DNA of 64,000 nt, taken from assembly GCA_016700315.1 (NCBI GenBank), contig CP065013.1, positions 917,298 through 981,297 on the forward strand, given 5' to 3'. Below the pieces are notes generated by a model. That model saw nothing but the letters and a program-made list of their open reading frames with translations. It had not been told where the DNA came from and did no database searches. This document shows, in pieces, positions 55,948-64,000 of this stretch. The first letter of the stretch is position 1, and every line of letters begins with the position of its first letter. The stretch is from Candidatus Saccharimonadota bacterium. GTDB lineage: Bacteria; Patescibacteriota; Saccharimonadia; Saccharimonadales; SZUA-47. A program made the translations under genes and the position numbers.

Positions 55948-56289
55948 CTAGTTGCCGGATGGCATTCTACTTGAGCTAACCTGAAAGCCGACAATATCTC
56001 CGGGCGGTACACGCCTCTGCTTAAAAAATCTTTCTGCCGTATCCCCCCGGGGGAGAATTACAACAAATGTCGGGCAAGACAATACGTCTTCACTATGTCT
56101 TCCATCAACCACACCATCAAACGAAACTGGGCACTGTTCCAAATAAACATTATTGCCTAGCACAAGTCTGACCAACGCACCTCGTGAGCTATCAAACACC
56201 TCAAGACTAGAAGGGGGTTTCTCAGCACATGAGGTACTGCCCAGTAAACTTGCTGCTACTATGGCCCCGAATCTTTTATTCATAAACAT
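55948..56289 (-). CDS. hypothetical secreted protein / possible lipoprotein
   Basis: Signal peptide MNKRFGAIVAASLLGSTSC. The lipobox is non-canonical. No family recognised. Confidence 0.45.
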   Translation of the reverse strand: MFMNKRFGAIVAASLLGSTSCAEKPPSSLEVFDSSRGALVRLVLGNNVYLEQCPVSFDGVVDGRHSEDVLSCPTFVVILPRGDTAERFFKQRRVPPGDIVGFQVSSSRMPSGN

Positions 56290-56328
56290 ACTTATACTCT
56301 TAATTGTAGAGAATGCAAGAAAAACTAT

Positions 56329-57558
56329 TTATCTTTGGCCTAATTGTGCCCTCGTATCCGTCCAATCTAACCTTTGCTCAACTGCCTTTTGCAGCTCATC
56401 ATCACCGCGTTCAGTTATTTTTCGTAGGCCAGTTTTGCTTGCTATAACTTCATATCTGTATTCGGGGAAAAACTTTTTTAATTGTCGCAAGCGAGCTTGC
56501 TCTAAACAATTATCACGTAGCTTCATGGGGTTACATGTTCTAGCAAGCTCGAGCCACTTCCCAACATTTTCGTCGTATTTTATTTGCATACTCACATCGA
56601 TCGACACGCCACGATTAGTCTCAGGATCTAGCTGATCAAAAATGAAGTTGCCGGTAGAATAAAAAATTGGCTTGCCTTTGTAGACCTCGCTCTGCTGCAC
56701 CCAATGAGGCGAATTTTCGATGGCAAAATCTGCCCCGTAATCGATCAATTTATGACCAATATCTATCTGCCTTTCGTCTGCACTAGATTGGTATTCCACG
56801 CCTACTTGAGAAAAGCCCCAGACAGGCATTATTTCTGCGTATTGCTTCATGATTTCCATCTCGCCCGGGGCAGGGGCCCGCTCAAAATAATGCCAGGCAC
56901 AAAAAGCGATTGGTAGCGAAGCCACATCAGCTTTGCCGTCGGGGTAGATTAGATGAGTCTTAACCGCCAGGATGCTGCACGCATCTTCGACTACGGAAGG
57001 GTCGTAATTCCCATAAGATTGTACTCCGCCATCCTCTAGATGTTTTTGCGTCTCAGCCATACTGGTCGGCCCTAAGTCAGCAGTATGATTATTAGACAGG
57101 GCATAAATTGAAAAATACTTACTCATAGCGGTCAGGAATTCTGGGTGACAATTAAAGACTATGTTAGCAACCTCATACTGAAAGCTTTGCCGCTTGGTAG
57201 TCATCGGACATTCCAAATCAACCGCCCATTCATCATATTTTTCTGGGCTAAAGCTAGCTAGTTTTGAGAATGGCTGGTTAAAATCGCCATTGGCGTAATA
57301 AGCTGTCGCTCTAGCAATAACAACCGTACCACTGAATAAGTAACGGCCACTAATTTTGGTCGGCGTTTTCGCTGAAAAGGCATTATTGTTTAGTGACTGA
57401 TTCGGTGAAGAGGTTTTCGGTTTTGCTTTATTTTGTGAACTTAATAACAACCATGCTAGAGAAGCAACAGTAACTATCAACAGCACAATAGCCAAAGCCA
57501 AAATAATTCTTGAACTTCTGCGTCGATTGTATTTATCCAAATGCCTTTCGACTCTCAC
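56329..57558 (-). CDS. CapA-family (PGA_cap metallophosphatase-like) membrane-anchored protein
   Basis: N-terminal TM, then LSNNHTADLG, and later the ENSPHWVQ and STGNFIFDQ motifs typical of CapA. Confidence 0.75.
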   Translation of the reverse strand: MRVERHLDKYNRRRSSRIILALAIVLLIVTVASLAWLLLSSQNKAKPKTSSPNQSLNNNAFSAKTPTKISGRYLFSGTVVIARATAYYANGDFNQPFSKLASFSPEKYDEWAVDLECPMTTKRQSFQYEVANIVFNCHPEFLTAMSKYFSIYALSNNHTADLGPTSMAETQKHLEDGGVQSYGNYDPSVVEDACSILAVKTHLIYPDGKADVASLPIAFCAWHYFERAPAPGEMEIMKQYAEIMPVWGFSQVGVEYQSSADERQIDIGHKLIDYGADFAIENSPHWVQQSEVYKGKPIFYSTGNFIFDQLDPETNRGVSIDVSMQIKYDENVGKWLELARTCNPMKLRDNCLEQARLRQLKKFFPEYRYEVIASKTGLRKITERGDDELQKAVEQRLDWTDTRAQLGQR

Positions 57559-57606
57559 AAATCTGATTATTACACAGTAATCACGTTAATAAAAACAACT
57601 AATACA

Positions 57607-57631
57607 TAGGGCTAGATAGACTCTAGCCCTA
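57607..57631 (-). terminator. hairpin downstream of the aquaporin gene (terminator candidate)
   Basis: Perfect 10-bp inverted repeat TAGGGCTAGA / TCTAGCCCTA with a 5-nt loop. On the reverse strand it is followed by a partially T-rich tract. Confidence 0.45.
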
Positions 57632-57634
57632 CTC

Positions 57635-57695
57635 CTAACTACTAACTACCATCTACCATCTACCATCTACCAACTACCAACTACCAACTACCAAC
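57635..57695. repeat. period-7 array: CTAACTA x2, CTACCAT x3, CTACCAA x4
   Basis: Read directly at 57635-57695, immediately downstream of the aquaporin stop. Confidence 0.9.
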
Positions 57696-57700
57696 GCTTA

Positions 57701-58444
57701 TTATCGGCGTTTTTTGGTCTTAGCTTTTTTGGTTGTTACCTTTTTAGTTGTAACAGTGACTTTTGGAGCGTCGCCGCTAACTACACTGGCTACTTTTCGG
57801 CTTTCAGCAAGCTTCATTTCTTCCATTGGGGCAAAGAATAGCGCATACACGTTAAAACCTAGAAGACTACCAACTACAGGGGCCAAAGCGTACGTCCAAC
57901 TCCATGAATTTAGCCCAAGTGCTACAGCTGGGTTTAGTATACCACTACTGGCTGTTGAAGCCACAATTGCACCCAGCATTAACGAAGTACCGATCAAAAA
58001 TGCTTGCTTATAGCCACTTAGCTTTTGCATAACGGCCGCCGCAATTCCATGCGTAAACACGAAAGCTCCGCCCATTTCAGCAAAGAAGACGCGGCTATCA
58101 AAACCACCGCCAACATTTGCAACTGTTGAGTTACTGAAGTACTGGAACAAGACCAACGCCAACAAACCGCCAAACATTTGCGCAGCAATGTAGACCAACG
58201 CTGTGGTTGTTTCTACTTTTCTGACGGACCAAGCACCCAGCGTAACCGCCGGGTTGAAGTGGCCACCAGAAACTCTACCTAACGCCAGCACCAAAACCGC
58301 CAGTGTTAGCCCAGCCGTTGCAGCTACAAACCAAGTTGATGTTAATATTGCGCCCACCGCATTTGCCTGTGCCAGCACAAGACTAGCTAGCATTAGCGTG
58401 CCGACAAACTCGGCCATCACCATGCCTATTTTATTTCTTTGCAT
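57701..58444 (-). CDS. MIP-family channel (aquaporin/glycerol facilitator)
   Basis: Two NPA boxes (GGHFNPAVTLG and GILNPAVALG) and six TM helices. Lys-rich C-terminal tail. Confidence 0.9.
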   Translation of the reverse strand: MQRNKIGMVMAEFVGTLMLASLVLAQANAVGAILTSTWFVAATAGLTLAVLVLALGRVSGGHFNPAVTLGAWSVRKVETTTALVYIAAQMFGGLLALVLFQYFSNSTVANVGGGFDSRVFFAEMGGAFVFTHGIAAAVMQKLSGYKQAFLIGTSLMLGAIVASTASSGILNPAVALGLNSWSWTYALAPVVGSLLGFNVYALFFAPMEEMKLAESRKVASVVSGDAPKVTVTTKKVTTKKAKTKKRR

Positions 58445-58492
58445 ATCCTATAACCCTCCTAGTTATACCTTAATCGTACATTATTTGTATTA

Positions 58493-59755
58493 TTAATCAA
58501 TAGCGTTATATGAGGCATACTTTTTTAATGCCTTCGACTGGATCCCTATGCCCAAAAATAACTTAGCGATATTTTTCATGCTATTTATGTCATCAAATAG
58601 TATGGCTGCGTTCATACGACATATTCCATCATTAACAGTAAGGGCTAAAATGTGAAGAAATTCTTCACCCATCGTTTCTTTTAACATCATTAGTTTTTGT
58701 GTTAATTTTTCTGATCCTTCAGCAAAAAGCCCGTTAAACGTAGCAACATTTTTGGCGATAATACCGTTAGCTTTTAGCATCAAATATGCAGTCATTCCTG
58801 TCATCCTAAAGTTGCAGTCGATTATATATGATCTGCCTGATCTATCCACCAAAACATCGAAACATCCTACTCCATACCAACCCAACTTTGCTACCCCAGG
58901 TAAAATGATATCTTTAATACATTGTATTACCCCATCTAGATCCGATGAATCTTCATTATTGAGAATTAGCCCCCCTATAAACTCCCCTTTAGTTGTAGTT
59001 ACTTGATTACTTATTCCGATTATTTCGATTTTGCTGCTATTGTTGTAATCGATAGCGAATTGAATTCCGTAGTTTCTTACAGCATCAACATATTCCTCAA
59101 TTAGTATATTTGACGTTGAGTTTGACAATTCATTGGCTACATCTGCTAATCTTGATTTACTCTTACACAGATACACCCCGTCCCCAGCACTAGAAGAAGA
59201 CACCTTTACGACGCATGCATCAATATCATTCGGTATATTTCTTAAAAAATCTCTACCGTTTTTGTACATTGCCAATCTTTTAGTATGATACTCGCTAGGA
59301 ATAAATTCAGGAATATTTCTTTTATCATTCAGCCAATTTGTCAAAGATGGGTCTATCAAAAATAACCCTTTCATTTCGTCGTTAGTAAAGGGCTGAGCCA
59401 TCAGCAATTCTTTATTTTGTAAATTTGTTTTTAGGAATTCTTTGACCGCAGCATTCCTTTTATCCCCGAAAAGACCGACATCAATTTGAGATGGGAATAA
59501 TACTACATTTTCTGAATAAATATTTTTAGTACCAAAGATATTGTAAATTTCACTCTGACAAGCCTCATAAGCTTGTTTAAAACATAAAACTTTAACATCT
59601 TCACCCGCACAAACAAGTGCCCTTGCTGCAACTAATTCTTCTACCTCTGGAGGTACAAGATTTAAAAAATCGTCATTTTGACCACTTGGATAACCATAAT
59701 AATAATATGAATTTTTAGGTAGATATCTTGAAAGACTGATTTTCGAAGAGTTCAT
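58493..59755 (-). CDS. ATP-grasp-fold enzyme (carboxylate-amine ligase-like), in an AT-rich segment
   Basis: VVKVSSSSAGDGVYLC (P-loop-like strand), LIEEYV hinge, and GVGCFDVLVDRSGRSYIIDCNFRMTG (Mg/ATP-binding E/N loop region). Composition is visibly more AT-rich than the flanking genes. Confidence 0.65.
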   Translation of the reverse strand: MNSSKISLSRYLPKNSYYYYGYPSGQNDDFLNLVPPEVEELVAARALVCAGEDVKVLCFKQAYEACQSEIYNIFGTKNIYSENVVLFPSQIDVGLFGDKRNAAVKEFLKTNLQNKELLMAQPFTNDEMKGLFLIDPSLTNWLNDKRNIPEFIPSEYHTKRLAMYKNGRDFLRNIPNDIDACVVKVSSSSAGDGVYLCKSKSRLADVANELSNSTSNILIEEYVDAVRNYGIQFAIDYNNSSKIEIIGISNQVTTTKGEFIGGLILNNEDSSDLDGVIQCIKDIILPGVAKLGWYGVGCFDVLVDRSGRSYIIDCNFRMTGMTAYLMLKANGIIAKNVATFNGLFAEGSEKLTQKLMMLKETMGEEFLHILALTVNDGICRMNAAILFDDINSMKNIAKLFLGIGIQSKALKKYASYNAID

Positions 59756-59801
59756 TGTAATTATTCTCGATACACTAATTTAATGTGGTTATAGCATTCT
59801 G

Positions 59802-60224
59802 CTAGCGTTTGCGGCGTTTTAGGCCGGCTACTTGCAATCGGACAGCGGTGCGATCCAGCAACGCTTGTGCGTGCTCTAGGCTTAACTGATCTTTGGCGTC
59901 AGCTTTAAGTTTTAGGGCTCTGTCGTGTGCCGCTTTGGCTTCTTCTTCATTGATCTCTTCGCTATTGTCAGCTTCGTCTACTAAGACCCTTAGAGTGTTA
60001 CCGCTAACTTCCACTGCGCCACCACTAATCGCAAACTGCTCACGCATGTCGTCGCGCTCTCCAGCTGTGCGGCGCACCGAAACAATGCCGGTTTTTGCCA
60101 CACTGATAAGTGGCATGTGACCTGGCAGCACACCGATATAGCCAGCCATAGTCGGGATAGTTACTTCGTAAACATCCTCGTCAAACTGCAGGCCATCGAG
60201 TGACACTAGCTGAAACCTGATCAT
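59802..60224 (-). CDS. atpC: F-type ATP synthase subunit epsilon
   Basis: 140 aa. LVSLDGLQFDEDVYEVTIPTMAGYIGVLPGHMPLIS and a C-terminal helical hairpin. Confidence 0.9.
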   Translation of the reverse strand: MIRFQLVSLDGLQFDEDVYEVTIPTMAGYIGVLPGHMPLISVAKTGIVSVRRTAGERDDMREQFAISGGAVEVSGNTLRVLVDEADNSEEINEEEAKAAHDRALKLKADAKDQLSLEHAQALLDRTAVRLQVAGLKRRKR

Positions 60225-60439
60225 CTTTTTATCAACTCCTTAGCTTTGGCAGAAGCTCTAGCAAAAAACCCTGCGGCGCTGTCGGCGCCGATTTTTACCA
60301 GCATACCAGCCGTGGCTACTGCACCAACAGCCATCACTAAAGCGATTTTACTAACGTCAACTTCGGGTGTCTCTGGTCGCAAAACTGAGGAGTTGTCAGC
60401 TCCCATGTCAAAATCACGGATTGGTCTCGGTGCACTCAT
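60221..60439 (-). CDS. hypothetical 72-aa protein with one hydrophobic helix, inserted between atpD and atpC
   Basis: AAGGAG SD 7 nt upstream. ATGA overlaps at both ends. Hydrophobic segment IALVMAVGAVATAGMLV. Confidence 0.55.
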   Translation of the reverse strand: MSAPRPIRDFDMGADNSSVLRPETPEVDVSKIALVMAVGAVATAGMLVKIGADSAAGFFARASAKAKELIKR

Positions 60440-60708
60440 GCTTCCTCTCCTTCTGGCCGACCTGTTAGGTGGGCCGGCATATTTTGATCCAGAAAGCGTA
60501 TTTCTACTCCATCATCATCCACTTCAGCCAACGCTCCATCGCCTAGTTGCATGTAGGTCCTAAAAAGCCGCATTTGCTCTGGCGACATCTGATCATTGAG
60601 GTTTGGTTGCGGAGCATAGCCCTCGCGCATTTGGGCGATAGTGTCTGCTCCCTCGTTCGCAAACAGAAACCGGTGCGGCAAACTAAATCCTTCTAGTGAA
60701 TCGCCCAT
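60436..60708 (-). CDS. hypothetical 90-aa acidic protein inserted between atpD and atpC
   Basis: ATG 1 nt after the atpD stop, with an AAGG SD inside the atpD 3' end. Its stop overlaps the next ATG. Confidence 0.55.
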   Translation of the reverse strand: MGDSLEGFSLPHRFLFANEGADTIAQMREGYAPQPNLNDQMSPEQMRLFRTYMQLGDGALAEVDDDGVEIRFLDQNMPAHLTGRPEGEEA

Positions 60709-60709
60709 A

Positions 60710-62122
<1,413 letters not shown>

Positions 62123-62160
62123 TTATCGACTTTATGAATTACTGCTTATACAATTACTTT

Positions 62161-62412
62161 TCATACCGAATCTCTGTGACCTCTTTCTACATCTGTTAAG
62201 CCATGAATATAGCCAAGTACATAGTGAGTTAGGGGGGGCTGAATATTGCCGCGTAGCCCTTCGGCAACTGTTAATCCTTCGTGGGCGGCATCTACCACTG
62301 CTTCTACGATATATGCCAACACACCATCGGGCAGGTCAAGGTATTTAAACCTCTCAGCAATAGGTTTAGCGAGCTCTCTAGCGGTAGCCTCTCCGGGCAT
62401 CAATTCAGCCAT
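62161..62412 (-). CDS. hypothetical ~83-aa protein inserted between atpG and atpD
   Basis: ATG at 62410-62412 with a GAAGG SD 5 nt upstream; the ORF track starts at TTG 62424. No family recognised. Confidence 0.5.
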   Translation of the reverse strand: MAELMPGEATARELAKPIAERFKYLDLPDGVLAYIVEAVVDAAHEGLTVAEGLRGNIQPPLTHYVLGYIHGLTDVERGHRDSV

Positions 62413-62463
62413 TCTAACCTTCAAGCCCTTCCTTGTTTATTCCTCGCCGCTGACTCTCAGACA

Positions 62464-62727
62464 TTATTTCATAACCTCCGGTTTTGGCTTTGCGAAAGAC
62501 AACATTGCTGTGCTGGACAAAACGCTGGCTACCCTGTTCGCTGTCGGGTCATCTATTCCAGCTAGCACAGCTAGTCTGGTGGCAAACTCCTCAAGCGTTA
62601 ATAGAGTACTGCCCCGATAAATGTCGGCATTTGGCCCCCAAGCCTCCTTTTGAATAGCCCCAGTATTCTCAACACCACTGATAAAGCTATCAACCTCTTC
62701 TCGTGTTCCTAAAGGAATGCCACTCAT
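62464..62727 (-). CDS. hypothetical 87-aa protein inserted between atpG and atpD
   Basis: Strong SD AAAGGAGG 7 nt upstream of the ATG. No family recognised. Confidence 0.55.
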   Translation of the reverse strand: MSGIPLGTREEVDSFISGVENTGAIQKEAWGPNADIYRGSTLLTLEEFATRLAVLAGIDDPTANRVASVLSSTAMLSFAKPKPEVMK

Positions 62728-62739
62728 TTAAAGGCCTCC

Positions 62740-62781
62740 TTTAATCATTAATCGTTCATCATTAATCATCATCATTTCATC
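62740..62781. repeat. period-7 array (ATTAATC/GTTCATC type) in the leader of the 62464-62727 ORF
   Basis: TTTAATC ATTAATC GTTCATC ATTAATC ATCATCA TTTCATC. Confidence 0.8.
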
Positions 62782-62866
62782 GCCTCCGCGCCTCGTCCAA
62801 GCAAGCTACCAGCTTCCGACAACAAAATTAAATTTTGTGTCTGCAGCTTACCGCTGCTTCTCCTCT

Positions 62867-62894
62867 CAAAATCGCAATTCCTCTTGCGATTTTG
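62867..62894 (-). promoter_or_regulatory. perfect 11-bp-stem hairpin ~40 nt downstream of atpG (intra-operon attenuator/processing or stabiliser candidate)
   Basis: CAAAATCGCAA (62867-77), loop TTCCTC, TTGCGATTTTG (62884-94). Confidence 0.45.
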
Positions 62895-62931
62895 TTTAAC
62901 CAGTGTGGATAAAATATTGCTAATCATAGAC

Positions 62932-63804
62932 CTATGCCGCAATCGCTTCGGCGCCTCCTGTTATTTCGGCGAGTTCCTGAGTAATAGCAGACTGGCGAGC
63001 GGTGTTAAACTCTAGTGTCAGGTCGTCAATAATCTCTGTCGCGTTATCGGTAGCGTTTTTCATGCTAAGCATACGCATCGACTGTTCACTTGCAATCGAC
63101 TCTAGCAGCGCTTGCCAGATTTCCACCTCTAAAAGACGCTCCGTCACGTTGTCGAGCACCTCTTGTACGCTCGGCTCGAACGTCACATTGCTCAAACCTT
63201 GCTCGTCAGTGGCTTCTTCACGGAACTCAGCTGGCAGGATAACAGATTGTTCGGCTATCTGTGAGATATTGCTCTTGTGTTCGGTAAATAACACCACCAC
63301 TTGATCTACTTTAGCCCGCGAATACTCTTCGACAACGGTGTTAAGAATTGGACGTATGTCATTGGCGCTTGGCCGATCGCCGAATTCAGAATAAGCGGCC
63401 GTTATTTCGACGCCCTCGACGCGCCTGAGGAACTGTGCCCCCCGTTTACCTATGATAATAATCTGGCTCTTGATCGACTTCTCACGATCCGCTTTAACGT
63501 TTTTAGCTAGCAGTTTAATAATATTCGAGTTGTACGCACCGGCTAGACCGCGATCACTAGTAATAACTACATATAGCCGTGTTCGTACACTGCGCTTAGT
63601 GTAAAGTGGGTGATCAGCAATTTCTACAACGCTTGCAAGTCGCGCCAGCATAGAGTGAGCTGCCTCACGGTAGGCACGGCCCGAATGTGCGGCTTCCGTA
63701 GCCTTGCGCATCTTACTGGCAGCCACTAGCTCCATAGCTTTAGTAATCTGCTTAGTGTTTTTGACACTCGCGATACGTCTCTTAAGCTGCTGCGTACTAG
63801 CCAC
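62932..63804 (-). CDS. atpG: F-type ATP synthase subunit gamma
   Basis: 290 aa. KRRIASVKNTKQITKAMELVAASKMRKA N-terminus and C-terminal NTARQSAITQELAEITGGAEA. GTG start with a GGAG SD. Confidence 0.9.
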   Translation of the reverse strand: MASTQQLKRRIASVKNTKQITKAMELVAASKMRKATEAAHSGRAYREAAHSMLARLASVVEIADHPLYTKRSVRTRLYVVITSDRGLAGAYNSNIIKLLAKNVKADREKSIKSQIIIIGKRGAQFLRRVEGVEITAAYSEFGDRPSANDIRPILNTVVEEYSRAKVDQVVVLFTEHKSNISQIAEQSVILPAEFREEATDEQGLSNVTFEPSVQEVLDNVTERLLEVEIWQALLESIASEQSMRMLSMKNATDNATEIIDDLTLEFNTARQSAITQELAEITGGAEAIAA

Positions 63805-63820
63805 AATGAACTCCGTTCAT

Positions 63821-63850
63821 AGTAGTAAGTAGTAAGTAGTAAGTAGTAAG
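63821..63850. repeat. period-7 array (GTAGTAA x4) immediately upstream of atpG
   Basis: AGTAGTAAGTAGTAAGTAGTAAGTAGTAAG, read directly. Confidence 0.9.
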
Positions 63851-63855
63851 CATTT

Positions 63856-64000
63856 TTACTTAACCACCTTCAACGATTTAATTAGCCCGTTTAGTACCTT
63901 GCTAACTTCTACGCTGAGATCAGCAAGCTGTTTAAATAAAGCTTTGTCTACAAATTTTAGGTCACGCGCAATTAATAGTTGGTTTTGAACTTCAGTAGTC
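63856..64000 (-). CDS. four-helix-bundle protein (23S rRNA intervening-sequence-protein family), C-terminal fragment; gene runs off window end
   Basis: The reverse frame reads ...QLLIARDLKFVDKALFKQLADLSVEVSKVLNGLIKSLKVVK-stop. This matches the characteristic C-terminus of that family (IARDLGY...EEL...KMLNGLIKSL). Confidence 0.55.
   Translation of the reverse strand, partial: TTEVQNQLLIARDLKFVDKALFKQLADLSVEVSKVLNGLIKSLKVVK

Overview
Gene-dense 64-kb chromosomal window on both strands with moderate GC. No rRNA, CRISPR array, transposase or integrase was recognised. All family calls come from reading motifs in the supplied translations; no search was run. The gene content suggests a small-genome Patescibacteria/CPR bacterium, possibly Saccharibacteria-like. 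This is an inference from the cyo quinol-oxidase operon sitting among minimal housekeeping genes, an Rpf/LysM muralytic protein, many orphan ORFs and compact enzymes. Recognisable content: cyoE divergent from cyoABCD; secE-nusG-rplK-rplA, with rplJ-rplL located separately; a dTTP-synthesis cluster (dcd-like plus a fused tmk-thyX); metK behind a SAM-I riboswitch; dnaX, dnaB, ybaB, recR, an nrnA-like DHH protein, cysS and pip; a glycosyltransferase/AI-2E transporter operon; a VanY-like peptidase; queA; a UvrD-like helicase-nuclease; VKOR; CapA; an aquaporin; atpG-atpD-atpC; tRNA-Trp and tRNA-Gln. Unusual observations follow. (1) A family of 270-460 bp mosaic intergenic elements is built almost entirely from tandem 7-bp units. 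There are four large copies in both orientations, and short period-7 arrays sit in many other intergenic spacers and 5' leaders. (2) Small orphan ORFs with good SD sites and ATGA overlaps are inserted inside the atpG-atpD-atpC operon, and others sit between nusG, rplK and rplA. (3) A 60-bp tandem-repeat LRR-like gene is broken by a single-base frameshift inside the repeats. (4) Two perfect 160-bp tandem units, each carrying the 3' 25 nt of tRNA-Trp, lie next to the intact tRNA. (5) Domain fusions are present: Tmk-ThyX, CyoD plus a cupredoxin-like domain, and L1 with an HeH-like N-terminal extension. (6) A divergent promoter pair on a palindromic -35 is followed by a leader with terminator/antiterminator logic upstream of unknown ORFs. 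(7) An AT-rich single-gene ATP-grasp island sits next to the atp operon.
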